From Vermamoeba vermiformis (Eukaryota), in assembly GCA_045837725.1 (NCBI GenBank), contig JBEWZL010000219.1:124001-188000 (forward strand): a stretch of DNA of 64,000 nucleotides, given 5' to 3'. The position numbers and the translations under genes are program-made. Below are positions 1-12,700 of the stretch, piece by piece. Position 1 is the first letter of the stretch. The number at the start of each line of letters is the position of its first letter. Below the pieces are notes generated by a model. That model saw only the letters and a program-made list of their open reading frames with translations, was not told where the DNA came from and made no database searches.

Positions 1-34
1 TAAGACCTTAAATAACTAATACTGTGTCTCATAG

Positions 35-697
35 GACGGCGAGTCATGGAACAACTTGGCAGCAGTGTGTCTGAAGCTGAAGAAGTACAAAGAGGCCTAC
101 AGTGCACTGCGCGAGGCCCTCAAGTACAAGAACGACAGCTATCGCATCTGGGAGAACTACATGTTTGTCTCGCTCAAGATCAATCAGCTGCAAGATGCTA
201 TTTACGCTTATCAACGCGTGCTCGATCAGATTGAGAAGCACGTGGACCACGAAGTACTGTCCTATTTAGTCGACAATGTGTGCGATGAAGTGCAGAGCAA
301 TCCCGGCGAGACATCAAAATTCCTCGAAAAACAGCTGGCCGAGCTGTTCGGACGATTGACGAGTCAAGTGTCAACCGATCCAGAGCTCTGGGGCATCTAT
401 CAGTCCTTCCACAAGCGCATGGGACGTGCGCAGAAGGCTCTTGACTTGCGCTGGAAACAACTGCGCAGTGCACAGAGCGCTGGCTGGGAGCAGAACGAGG
501 ACGCATTCACGCGTGTCGTGCGCGTGTGTGAAGAATTGGTGGAAGAACTGATCAGCGCGGGGGACAAATCTGGTGCGTATTCACTGAAACTCAATCTGAG
601 CAGTGCTGTCAAGAAGTGTCGTGCGGCCTTTGAACAACACGCTGACTTCACTACCCTCACTGCGCTATTGGCTCGCATTGAACAGTTTGCGGGCTAG
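35..697 (+). CDS. TTC27: TPR protein, TTC27/Emw1-like, last exon (gene 5'-truncated by window edge)
   Basis: Acceptor 'ctcatag' ends at 34. ORF 56..697 contains TPR-like helices 'YKEAYSALREALKYKNDSYRIWENYMFVSLKINQLQDAIYAYQRVL' resembling the TTC27 C-terminal region. Stop TAG 695-697. Confidence 0.7.
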   Translation, partial: DGESWNNLAAVCLKLKKYKEAYSALREALKYKNDSYRIWENYMFVSLKINQLQDAIYAYQRVLDQIEKHVDHEVLSYLVDNVCDEVQSNPGETSKFLEKQLAELFGRLTSQVSTDPELWGIYQSFHKRMGRAQKALDLRWKQLRSAQSAGWEQNEDAFTRVVRVCEELVEELISAGDKSGAYSLKLNLSSAVKKCRAAFEQHADFTTLTALLARIEQFAG

Positions 698-811
698 TGC
701 AGATCTGCTGTCACATTTTGAATGCTATAAATAGCTGCGAATTCCATGTAATTACACATCATAAGTGCGTTCTTTAAGTCCTATTTACATCGTGTTACAG
801 TCCCTCGGCGC

Positions 812-1832
812 CTAGTTTAACTTCTTGTAGCGCAGCAAGATGTTCTCGCTCACCACTGTGCGCCACAACACGACACCGATCACGAGCACCACGCCCAGAA
901 TGCTGAACAGTGCCGCGTAACAGCTGCCACCTGCCTCATTCAACAGCGTCTGTCACGTGTCAGTAGCTGTCAGTCATCGAATGACACGTGTCACTTACCA
1001 GGTACGAGGCCGTCAAGTGCGCGAGGACCACAAATGCCACGCGCCACCAGACACGACGCGTGTAGGCATCGAATGCGAGCACTGAGAGCGCCATGTGCAG
1101 CAGCGTGAAGAGCAGCGCGGTGAATGCAGACACGTAGAACAGCGACCACGAGGGACAGGCGGGGGCGGGCAAGAATCCTGGGCCTGAGCCGTGCCAGACA
1201 ACACTCGCGAACAAGATGAGTGCGCTCGATGTGCCAATGCCCCAACCAATCGCTGTGCGGGGGTGAGTGGATGTGGCTCGTTGCTGAACAGTAGCACTTA
1301 CCGAGCGAGGCTAAGAAGTTGGAGGGCTTCGAGGGGTCATTGGCGAGTGCACCGCGATTGTAGGCCTTGCTGCATATGAAGGGTGAGTGACTAGTGGCAG
1401 CAGATGTGTTATCAGAACGTACTCGTAAATGAGCCAGAAGAGCCAGCGAAACACTTCTTGGAATAGGACTGAGAAGGGTATAATAAAGGCATAGGTCGTC
1501 TTCAAGGGCGGTATGATGTACCAGAACATGGAGGACAGCAGTATCGAGATGAGCCAGAAAAATGCACTAATATTTAAATACAGCTATTATATTGTTGTAC
1601 ATATCAAATAGTAGTGTATGATTCAGCGGTGTAATCGACGTATTATTGCGCAATTTTAAATATTTTTCGAAATTGAATATTGTTACTATAAATATGTCTG
1701 CATATATAATAGGTGTTACCTGCCGAGAGATAAAATTACGAGCTGAGAGCTGCGCGTGATAATTAATATGAACAGTGCGAGGGCGGGACTGAATGTGATC
1801 AACAATGAACCTGCTAGCAGCACGAGTGTCAT
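812..1832 (-). CDS. APH1: Gamma-secretase subunit APH-1 (multi-exon)
   Basis: Spliced translation MTLVLLAGSLLITFSPALALF...SAFFWLISILLSSMFW...FSVLFQEVFRW...GPGFL..CP...LLH...HLTASYL matches APH-1 motifs (FSP/GP start, AFFWL, QE.FR, two conserved His). ATG at 1832, stop at 812-814. Confidence 0.88.
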
Positions 1833-2076
1833 GGCTGATGTAGCTGTATATAAGGTGCTATATTAATATATTCACTAGAGTCGTATTGTACAATGCAGCT
1901 CTGTCTTGCTCGCTGCAGAATAACAAAATAATCACTGGCAACACCAGTAGCTGTACTACAATAGGACCCTATAATAGTTAGTGCTTGCTATTGTATGGTC
2001 AAACACCGATATAGCTATTGAATATCATCGCTAGTCTTCGAGTACACGTCTATCATTGAAGCAATTGGATCCGATC

Positions 2077-3025
2077 ATGTTAGAGCCTCATTTAAATTAT
2101 TTAGCCGATAAAAAGATTTATTTGGTAATTATCTCATATGATTATATACGACAATACTAGTAACCGAATTTTTCAAATTTTTAATTTATTTTTTAGGCCT
2201 CTGCTTCACCGCGAAGAAAAGACGCGTTACAGAATATGGTAGGTGCATTCATTCTAGAATTAGACTTATAAACACAGCTATTATAGGGCATGAAGTTTGC
2301 TATTAGACCGAGTCAATTCGCTGAAGATCTAGACAAGGCCAAGTTCGCAGATCCCGCTGCTTATGTACTCGAAACTGCGCGACAAAAGGCACTCGATGTG
2401 GAGCGTAGCATGCGCAGTGAGGGGGTGTGTATATATACGATGCCGTATCTCATGAGTGCTAATTACAGCTTCAGACGCCGTTCGATCTGATAATAGCAGC
2501 AGATTCAATCGTGGTGCTGCAAGATCGCATACTAGAGAAGCCAAGTGATATAGAAGATGCACATAATATGCTGCGCACACTTAGCGGCACTTCACACGCA
2601 GTTCTGACCGCGCTAGTGCTCGTTACACCGCGCCATGAACAAGGTGCTGCATCTGGCACCGAAGAGCGCGCAGCAGGTGCAGTACAATACAAAGAATATA
2701 TAGACGCGCACTGCAGACTCGTGATGAATGTTACGCGCACTGAAGTGGACTTCGATCAGCTGACTGAAGACATGATCCACGGCTACGTGCTGACTGGCTT
2801 GCCCATGGACAAGGCTGGCGGGTGAGTAGCGCGATATTGATCCATATATGATATATACATATATATTTCTATATGTACTCATATGATGGCAGGTACGGCA
2901 TTCAAGACGGCAAAGCGAGTACATTTGTGAAGGGGATCCGCGGCTGTTATTGGAATGTGACTGGCTTTCCTATTCACACCTTCTGTATTCTCATGCGCGT
3001 GTTGTTGCAGAACAAACACCTTTAG
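2077..3025 (+). CDS. Maf/YhdE-family nucleoside triphosphate pyrophosphatase (ASMTL N-domain-like), multi-exon
   Basis: Spliced motifs 'IYLASASPRR', 'IIAADSIVV', 'ILEKP', 'LSGTSHAV', 'PMDKAGGYGIQ', 'GCYWNVTGFP' are diagnostic of Maf. Stop TAG 3023-3025. Confidence 0.9.
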
Positions 3026-3302
3026 TAGGAGAATGATTAGACCATTATATATGTAATGTACAGTACGAAATAAATTCATTTATTTTTAGCGGATCTGAAC
3101 ACCACCTGTCGTGCCAATAGATAGTTAGTCCTATTGTGATTACATCAACTATGTTGCGCAGTGCTATTAAGAACACTCTTATTGCCTCGCGTGTAAGTGT
3201 CAACTTCAGATCCATGGATCTGCATTGCATCCGGCTTGAAAAATTCAAAAAAATAATGCAATACCTCAACTGAGTATCATTTACTCTGTACATTTCGTAT
3301 TA

Positions 3303-4771
3303 ATGCACCAAATATTATACAAGCAGTGCGGCATGCAGATCCGCTCATTCCACGCCACAGCACCACGCCTCGACCGCAAGTGTGGTATAGTGGGCATGCC
3401 TAATGTGGGCAAGTCGCTGCTGTTCAACGCACTGCACGGCCGCGCACTGGCCCAGTCAGCGAACTATCCCTTCACGACCATCAAGCCCAACATTGGTGTG
3501 GTCGCGGTGCCTGATCTGCGCGTGCGGGCATTGGGCGAGCTGATTCGACCACAACGCGTCACACCGCCCAGCATGGTGAGTGACAACTCGGTGACACGTG
3601 ACACTGACACCTGTCAACAGGAGGTGTACGACATAGCCGGACTGATCAAAGGAGCCGCGCAGGGCACAGGGCTGGGCAATCAGTTCTTGAATGCCGTGCT
3701 GGCCACTGATCTCGTCGTGCATCTCGTGCGCTGCTTTGAGGCCACTGATGGCACTGTGCCAATAGCGCACGTGGAGGGCGAGGGTGAGTACACGTGATTG
3801 AATGCAGACCTTGCACTGACGCGTGTCAAACAGTGGACCCCAAGCGTGACGTCAACATTATTCACGCTGAATTGATCGCGAAGGACTTGGAGCACATGAC
3901 ACGTGTCAAATCGAACACTCTGCGCGTCAAAACGAATATGGACCAGAAAACGCTGCGTCGATTGCTGGACGAATGCGAATCAGGTGCTAAAAATAGCTTA
4001 TTGATCACGTGCTTTCAGTGCTAACCACTCCACAGAACTGCGCGCAGGACGATTGTTGCGCACCAAACAGCACAAGAGCAGCGAGGAGCGCGCACTGATC
4101 GAGTCACTGGGCCTGTTGACTGCCAAGCCCATGGTGGTGTGCTTGAATGTCGATGTATGACACCTGTCAAACACTGCACCGTACTGATCACGTCATTCAG
4201 GAGCGCGATGTCACAGCCCCGAGTGAGCGAGTGCGCGAGATCATCACGTGGCTCGAGTCAGAACATCACGTGGCAGTTGTTCCGCTGTCAGTGCGGCTTG
4301 GAGTACGAGCTGGCCAGTGTCAAAGAGAATGCTCTGCGCGCTGAGTTGATGGCGCTGTACAACATGACGCAGCTCGGCACTGAACACTTGATCCACACCT
4401 GCTATCAGTAAGTCACACTGCCGTTCAGTGAAATGAATTGACACGTTCGACCAGGGCACTCGACATGATCACGTTCTACACCATGAACAAGAATGAAGTG
4501 CGGGCCTGGCCCGTGCCACGTGGTCTCACCGCCAAACAGTGCGCCAATCACGTGCACAGCGACATGTTCCACGGCTTCATCAAGTGAGTCTCGGTCTTAT
4601 ATATATGCAACTGCGATGTATTAACAGCAGTGCAGGGTGGAGGTGGTGAGTGCTGATGACGTCATCAGATTGGGACTCAAGCGAGCACGTGACGAGGGGA
4701 AATTTCACACTGAAGGCGCGCAGTATCTGCCACGTGACGGTGATGTGCTGCTGTTCAAATTTCGCGAGTGA
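3303..4771 (+). CDS. YchF/OLA1 Obg-family ATPase, probably mitochondrial (Ylf2-like); one apparent +1 frameshift near 4300
   Basis: 'GIVGMPNVGKS', 'ANYPFTTI.PN', 'DIAGLIKGA..G.GLGNQFL', 'LLTAKP', 'NVDE', 'HSDMFHGFIK', 'DGDVLLFKF'. N-terminal 'IRSFHAT' resembles a mitochondrial presequence. Six canonical introns. Start could be 3303 or 3333. Confidence 0.9.
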
Positions 4772-5066
4772 GTCACGTGGTGCTCAGCGGAATAACTTTG
4801 CGACTATTTTTAACCACAGCGGAGGTGATCAGCACGGCGCAGGTACTGCAACGACAGCAATGCCACCAATCAGCTCTGAGTGCAATAAAGGCTGTGACTG
4901 GATAATTGTACAAGTATTTTTCTGCTTTTATTAATTGGCTACTAATGTGATCAATAATAATAATAATTATTTTATAAAACAAATTCGCTGCGCAACAACA
5001 TCACTGTTACCGCGCAGTGAAGGGGATTAAACACGTGTTATTCGAAGTGGTTTGCAATGTCTCTAT

Positions 5067-6318
5067 TTAGCTAATGATACAGTCCTTATCTTTGTCTTTG
5101 CCGCCCTTGCTCGCTGCGTCTTTATCGCCTTTTTTGGAAGATTTTTGTTTGCTGTCACTGGGCGCACTTGTCTCCGCCGGCTGCAATAGTGTTATTATTA
5201 TTATTATGCTGCGATATATTTCGTGTGTATGGAGCGCATATTGTATTCAACACTTACTCTAGCACCAGCAGGATTAATAACGCAGCGCACGGCCTCTTCG
5301 AACACATCTGCCATGCCCACTTGTGTCAACGAAGAGCACTCGAGGTATTTGTAGGCTTTGAGTTCTTTGCTCAGTCGTTCAGCCAGTTCTAATGACACGG
5401 GCTCTTGACCGCTCTTTTTCAAGCCTTCGATCGCATCTTGTTTGTCGCGCAAGTCACTCTTGAGACCAACTAATAGAATTGGTGTGTCGGGACAACTGGC
5501 TCTGATTTCAGGAACCCACTGCAAGTATAGGCATCAGCAAATAATAATAAATGGATTTTGGTTCAAAACCGAAAATGAACTGGAAATCCGCCACGATCTC
5601 AATAGTGAGGATAGAATAACGTACCTTCTTCATAACATTGGCAAAACTCTCAGGAGAAAAAATTGAATAGCAAATTAAGAATACATCGGTGCCGGGATAG
5701 CTCAACGGGCGCAGTTGATTGAATTCATCCGAACCTGCAGCAAGAGAAGTTAGCCAATGTGCATATAATCGTGCCGGCATAATATAATCTTGATATAACA
5801 TCGATGAGATGATGATCGTAAAGTGTTCTATCGACCTTGTAGCACATTACGAACAATTCAAATCCGTCCGAACGCAAAAATAAATTGCATTAAAATTACG
5901 CAAATATAGCTTACCTGCTGTATCCCAAAGACTCAAATTAATAGCTTGGTTATCTACGATAGTGTTGGCGTTGTAATTATCAAATACCTAAATAAAAATG
6001 GAGTTTCAGCTAACGAAATAACCGATGTGAAACCGCAGTGTTTAAACAAAAATAAATAAATACACAAGCTATTAATGTTAATTAATATTAATATTATTGG
6101 ATTACTTACTGTGGGAATATAATCTGATGGAAACGAGTTTGTTGTGTAGGAAATCAGCAGACAAGTCTTTCCAACTCTGTTTAGCGGTTATTAAATTAAT
6201 ACAATGGCCATAATAAAATATTCTACATATGTAATGTGATCACGGAGCTAAATTATCTGCATAAAATTGATACTAACGCTGCATCTCCAACAACCATAAC
6301 TTTTACGTCACGACCCAT
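5067..6318 (-). CDS. Rho/Rac-family small GTPase with C-terminal CaaX (CIIS); atypical catalytic residues
   Basis: Spliced: [41 protein letters not shown]...[29 protein letters not shown]...LVGLKSDLR...YLECSSLTQ...KDKDCIIS*. Confidence 0.92.
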
Positions 6319-6713
6319 CTAGCCTGCGTGCTTAATTACAATAAAATACAAAGGGGTAATAACGCACTACGTGTTAGTAGAGGTTATTGGCTGCTAGTGT
6401 TCTAATTTACAAAAATAAATTATGCCTTCAAGGTCGTAGAAATAAAATTTACCTCGGCAATAAACTTGATAAATACAAAACGACAATTTCTTCCGCCTTC
6501 ACCTATCATTCACTCCCTATAAGTGTTTTAGAGCGTTGACATGCTTCCGATTAGGCATAGAATCCTAATTGTTCCCACGAAGATCTGCCAGTACAGATTT
6601 GGCGTTGTGTTCGAAAAAATTTGCTGTAGTCTTGAGTATTATTTGAATGTTTTATTGCACAAAGAAAAATGTTACATAGTTGTATATATTACAAGCGATA
6701 TACAGAATGTCGC

Positions 6714-9700
6714 TTAGTAGAGGAATTGATTGGCGAGGTTGCGACTGTTTTGATCTTCAGGCGGACGAACATCTGCATCCATGCTGTCTGCATCGGTGTG
6801 GATCGCGAACAACAGCTTTTGTCGCAGTACATTGGCGCTGCTGTACTCAGGCAACATGAGATTGAAGAAGCACGTGTCTGCTTTCGGGAATGCATTGTCT
6901 GGATTCGCGAGGCCAGTGAAGGGTTTGATCAACATGCGTGTTTGCGTGCGCTCAAACTCTTGGTCATCAGCCGGCAGTCGTTCTTGAGCCCACGCAAATC
7001 TCACAAATGCGCGCTTGTCGTCAGCAGAGAATGCGCGCAGCACGGACCAGAAGTAACTCACGTGCGGGGCCTGTGCGCTGACACCGCTGTACTCGGTGTG
7101 TCGCTTCAACAGCTTGACGTCTATCATCGGCTTGCCACACACGCGCCACTCGAGATCTTGCCAGGAGCAGAGTTGCAAGAGTGCTGCGGGCACGACTTCA
7201 CTGAGTCCCTGCTTGATGGCCTTGAGCTGCATGCGACTCTCGCGCAGACGACTCTGTTCCACGAGGCGAATGTACTCCTCTTTGTTGGCCCACGTGACGT
7301 CAATGTCTTGACCGCCGGGCTTGAGGGGCACCACACTCTTGTCGGAGCGGCTGATCGTGAACTTCTCAAAGATCTTGCGATTTTCACCTTCCAGATCTTC
7401 CTTGGCACAGATCTTCATGAAGCGCAAGAAGCCGTAGAGCGAATGATCAATCTCTTTGAGGTCGTCGACAGTCAACTTGCTGCCCACCAACGGCTTCCAG
7501 AAGAACGCGGGCAGATCGACAGTAAGCTTCACTCCAGTGCGGATGGCCATGCCCATCATGTGGCCAATCATGCGGTACATCTTCATGTGCAGACGCGATT
7601 GGCACGAGGGATTGGGGATGAACTTGTCGCGATTCTTGCCGAGCTTGGCCTGCGCATTGGGGCACGGAATGAACAGCGGCAGCACACTGCGCAGCTCGCG
7701 CGAGACATCGGTGAAGTACTGACGATAGGGACCTCCTTCACCTTCCACGTGCTCGCCTTTGAAGTCAATCTTGAGACTGAAGTGTGGCTCAGCACCGCCT
7801 GGCTTCTTCTGTCTGAACAGTGCAGGGTCAATGTGACGCAGTTGCTTGAATGCAATGCCGAATGCAGTGTTGCGCGTAATGTAGTCGTCATCCACCACTT
7901 GCGGCTGGGGCTCTTTCTCTTTGCGCGCTGCGAGTTTGAGACGATCGATCGTGACCACTGGCTGCGGTACTTGCAGCGAGGTCTTGTCGAGCACGTCGTA
8001 GAAGAATTGCATCTTGACGGCGTGGAAGATGAGAGCGCGGCAGTGGTGGAAATACGAGGCAAGACGACCTTCAGCGGTGAAGTTGATCAGGGCAAACAAC
8101 TGCGACAGCTTTTGATTGAATTGTCGCAACATTTCAAAGCGCAGTCGCACCAGTGTGAGATCAGCACGTGCCAGACGCGGGTACTGTTGTGCGAGGTGAG
8201 ACTCGGCATCGAAAGGTCCAATGTGACTGATATTGAGTGCGAGGGGTGTGGACAGTTCGCAGTCAATGTAGAGCTGTTCTGCATGACGCACAATGTCCTC
8301 GTCGAAGAGCGGATGAGGGGTGAATTGTTTGATGGCACTGAGCGCCAACTCTTCAGTGGTGTAGCAGCGCAGATTGAGATGCAGATCATAGCCGAGCTTG
8401 ATCAGTTCAGCCATGGTCTCGCTCGGAGTCTCAATGGACTGTTGTTGATAGTGCGCCAAGAATCCCTTCAATGTGATGCCAGTCACTTGTTGCGCACCCA
8501 CACTGATGCTCTTGGTCTCGTAGTGCTCGAGCAAGAACTTGACAGTCTCCTCGGTGATCTTCTCGCCCACAGAGCTCTGTTGCAGTTGATCGAGTTCTGC
8601 AGCACTCAGCACCGCGACTGTTGGCTCGCTCGAGGATTTGACAGCAAAGCGATTGAAGATCTCCGTGAGTGCAGCGGTGGCTTTGGTGGTCAGACTCGGA
8701 GCATCGCCGCTAGTCACCAACTTGGTGCGGAACAACTGCACGAGCTTGGGATCGGTGCTCTCGAGATCCTTGAAGGCAGTGGCTTTGAGTGTGAGGGCAG
8801 ACTTGATGTCCAGTGCGAGGGTCTTCGAGGGCTTGAACTTGAGCTTGTTGATCTTGGTGACAAAGTCGCGTGTCTTGTCGCTGTTGTGCAGTTCTACCAG
8901 CAACGCGTCGTCCAGCCACTGATCACCCTCGCGACGCAGGGCACTGACATCTTCGAGCCAGTCTTCCACGGCACTCTTGAGCTCTTCGGGCTTGCTCTTG
9001 ATCACCTCTTTGGGCAGGCCTTCAATCACCACCAATCGCTCACGCGTCCAGTCTTTCTGCGTCTCAGGCCAGGCAGCGCGCACTAGATGCAGCACACTCT
9101 CGGGCTTGGTATCGCGGTGTGCAAATCCTTCAAAACTGCGCGCTAGATCGAGGACTGTGCTTAGCCATTGCGGATCCGCTTGATCGAGAGGCTTGTCTTT
9201 GACGGAGTTGGAGCGACTCTTCTTCTTGGCACTCGGTTTGGACTCGGGCGAGGACTGTTTCTTCTCCTCGCTCTTCTTCTCCTCTTTGAGAGGCTCTTTC
9301 TGCTCAGGCACTGCCTCTTTCTTCTCGACGGCAGGCTCTGTCTTCTCCGCGCTCTCGCTCTTCTCCTCGCTCTTGAGTGCTTGCTTGGAGAGTTCGAGGG
9401 CTGCTTGCAAGTCCTCGTCGTCAGAGAGATCGCCCATGTCCACATCTTGCGACTCGCTCGGCTTGTCCTCTTTCTGCTCCGCGCTGGGACTGGGTTCGCT
9501 GGGCTTGTCCTCTTTCTTCTCCTCGGGTTGTGCGAGGGAGGCCTTGATAGCAGCAGCGAGTTCATCGTCCATGTCCTCGTCGAACAAGTCGCCAGTAGAC
9601 TCGCTGGGCTTGGTCTCGACAGGCTTGCTCTCCACTTTGGCCGGTGTGACGGGCTGCGGCACATCAGAGGAGGACTTGAACAGCGCACCGAGCTCTGATT

Positions 9701-12700
9701 CTTGTCCTTCAATGCTTGAGGCTAAAGCAATTGCAACCAGCATTAATTCATCGTCTTTTTTCAATTTAGTGCTTGAGGCAAGAGTACCTGTGCTCTCGGC
9801 TGGAGGCGCCGATTCAATCTCGTACAGACGATAGGCCACGACCAGTTCGAGCAAGCACTGCAAGTACGACGAGAACAGTGTGCCGCGCTTGCGTTCAGTC
9901 TCGTGCTGTGCAGTGAGCTCTTGCTTGAGCTTGTAGAGGCGTGCAAGGGGCAGTTGTTTGAGCACCGCACGGCCTGACTCACCCGTCTCGCGCAGACGAT
10001 GAATCATCTCCGCCACGAGCAAGAAGAGGGCCTCTTTGAACACGGAGGGGGACTTGCTGCGATACATGAAGTCAATGCAGCCGTTGAACAGTGCCGTGAG
10101 ATCTGACTGCAAGGGCACGGTGTGCAGCAGCAAGAACTCAATCAGCCAGCGCGCCAGTGCAAAGTCTGGGCCAATCGGCAGCACGTAGATCTTGTACTTG
10201 CACTGCGCTGCTTGTGATTTGCAGCTCAGCTTGACGTAGAGCCGATTGGCAGTGACAAGCAGAGGATAGAAAGGCCCTTTCTCTGCATAGCTGTGAATCA
10301 ACTGCGTGCACTCCTCGTCGTAGTAGAGCTGCAGCTTGGCTTGACTGCCCGCGGGGAAGAAGGTGCTGCGATCAAACACCAAGTACAGACTGCGTGCGCC
10401 TTCCACGTGCACTTTCTGCGTGGGTTGTTCTTGACTCTCAGCAGCTGCAGCAGCGACTGGTTGCGGGGCAGCGGGCTTGTTGGACTTGGTCAGCGAGGTC
10501 GGGGGCTGCACGGGCACAGCTGCGGGCTGTGGCTCTGCACTCGTCACAGTGATGGCGCTGGCGCAGTGTCAGAAGTGTGCAGTGGGGGGTTGAGATCGGG
10601 TGTTACTTACCGCTTGGTAGTCAAGTGTCGCGCACTCTCTAAGGTGTCTACTGCGAACTTAGTCAAGTAGTGCACAAACTGCTGCACCTTGTCAGCATCG
10701 CCTGTGGATTGCAGCAGCGCGAGCAGATCTTGCAGTTGGTGGTGCAGCTGATTCATGTGCTTGGCGTGCTCGTCGTCCTCATCTTCAGCCTTGTCGTGCA
10801 GGGTCGCAGTGAGTGCACGCGCAGTGCTGGTAATGTCCGTGCTGACGAGGTACTCGTGCGCACTCAACTTGATCAGCTGCGTCAAATCTTCGCTCTCGGC
10901 GGTCACTGCTGTCTTGTTCAACACTTGCAGCACCACACGACGCGCGTAGCAACGAGCCAGTGTCTGTTGAATGCTGATGAGTGTCTTGATGTCAGACTCC
11001 ACGGACTTGCTGGTCTGCAGTGATTGCAGCGGCAGTTCCTTGCTCGGCTTGTTCAGCAGTTGCACTGGGTACCACCACTCTTCCAATCGACCGCGCTCCG
11101 AGTCGTACAACTGCAGCAGCGCGAGATTGTTCTGATGATCGACGGACTTGATCACACCAATGCGACCCATAGTGCGCGTCATTGGTTTGAGCCAGTACTT
11201 GTTCACTGCCGCTGACTGCTCTGTGGGGTCAAATTCAGTGATGAACAGCGTGGTGCCAATGCGCAGCTGATCCATCTTCAGACTCTGCGCACTGCTCGCA
11301 CCTGCAGCACCGGGGGCATTGGCCTTGCTGGGGAATCTGATCGTGTTTGCAGCCTCGCCGAGGATCTGCACGACAATGTTCTTGGCCTCGTCTTCGTTGT
11401 TGACTGCGAGCTGATTGCGCATCTGTTGCAAGTACTCGGAGACTTCAAAGCGACTGAATCCATCGCGCTCCATGAATGCCTTGAGCTCGGGAATGATGCG
11501 GTCCTCCCACTCACTCGACACACTCGGTCCACTCGCAGCCTTGTCCTTGTCGCTCTCGTGCAGGTAGCAGTAGTCGTCGTGCAGCACACACTGCGCGCTG
11601 AGTGCGATCTGATAGCTCTGTTCTGCGTCCTCGTCATCGGGCACATCTGATTTCAGCGCTGCACTGGCCTCTTCGCTGTGCTCCAGCTCCATCTGATCCT
11701 CACCACTGGGCTTGGTGCTCTCATCTTTCGCGGGCTCAGCGTCTTTCTTGTCTTCAGCCTTGTCCTTGCTCTCGTCCTCGTCCTCAAAGTTGAAGTCGGG
11801 GTTCTCCAACAGCCACATCACTGCTGGCTCTGCGCCATTGAAGCCCGTCATCTCGAGGGCCTTGCGCGCCTTCTTCATATCATAGCCCATGCCAATCAAC
11901 AGACCTGCAGCCTCTTGGATGGCACGATCTTCTTCGTCCTTCTGCTTCTTGCGACGCGCTTCCTCTTCCTCTTGAGCCTTGCGACGTCGTTCATCAGCCT
12001 CTTGACGCTTCTTCTCTTTGGTGGCCTCATCGAGGGCTGCAGAGGCCATCAAATTGAACTTGAATGGCTCTTGACCAAAGTTGATGCTCATGCGCACACT
12101 CTTGCCACCTGCCACTGCGGGCACCACGCGCTCGTTGTTGGGGAACACGTTGTGGAATGCAGGACCCAAGTCCTCGCCGTCCATGGTGAAGTAGATGGTC
12201 TGTTCGTCTTGATTCCAGCCACAGCCAATCACCGTCTTGGCCTTGGCGTAGTAGGCACCGTAGGCCTCTTGTTTGCGCTGTCCATTCACGTACCAGGTCT
12301 TGATCTTGTTGGCTTGGAAGCGATACGAGCCATTGCCCCAGGTGCTTTGACCCTCGGGACAGAGGCCAATGCTGATGATGGAGGAGTTGTTCTCAATCGC
12401 CTCGATCGTCACTTCAAAGTAGTACTCGCTCAGATGTGCGGGGATCATCACATTGCCCGGCACAATCGTCTCTGTGTGACCTGCAGCTGGTGCGCGACCA
12501 CCGCGACCGTAGCTGCCAAACAGCGAGCCACGTACACCGCGCGGTGCTGCGACTGGTGCGGCCCCTGAACCAAAGCTCGTGAACTCCACTGTGCGCAGCT
12601 CTTTGCCGATGAAGATCACACCGGGTCGATTGGTGCGATCGAAGCACGTCGGCAAGAAGTCCGCTTTGTGATTGTGCGGGAAGTGCGGCAATATCTTCAC

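Noticed and set aside
6669-9086. 805-aa plus-strand ORF, and similar long antisense ORFs at 15641-16858, 11678-12568 and 32285-33298
   Set aside because: They lie exactly antisense to well-supported genes. Codon bias (few TTA/CTA/TCA codons) removes antisense stops, and the translations have no recognisable motifs.
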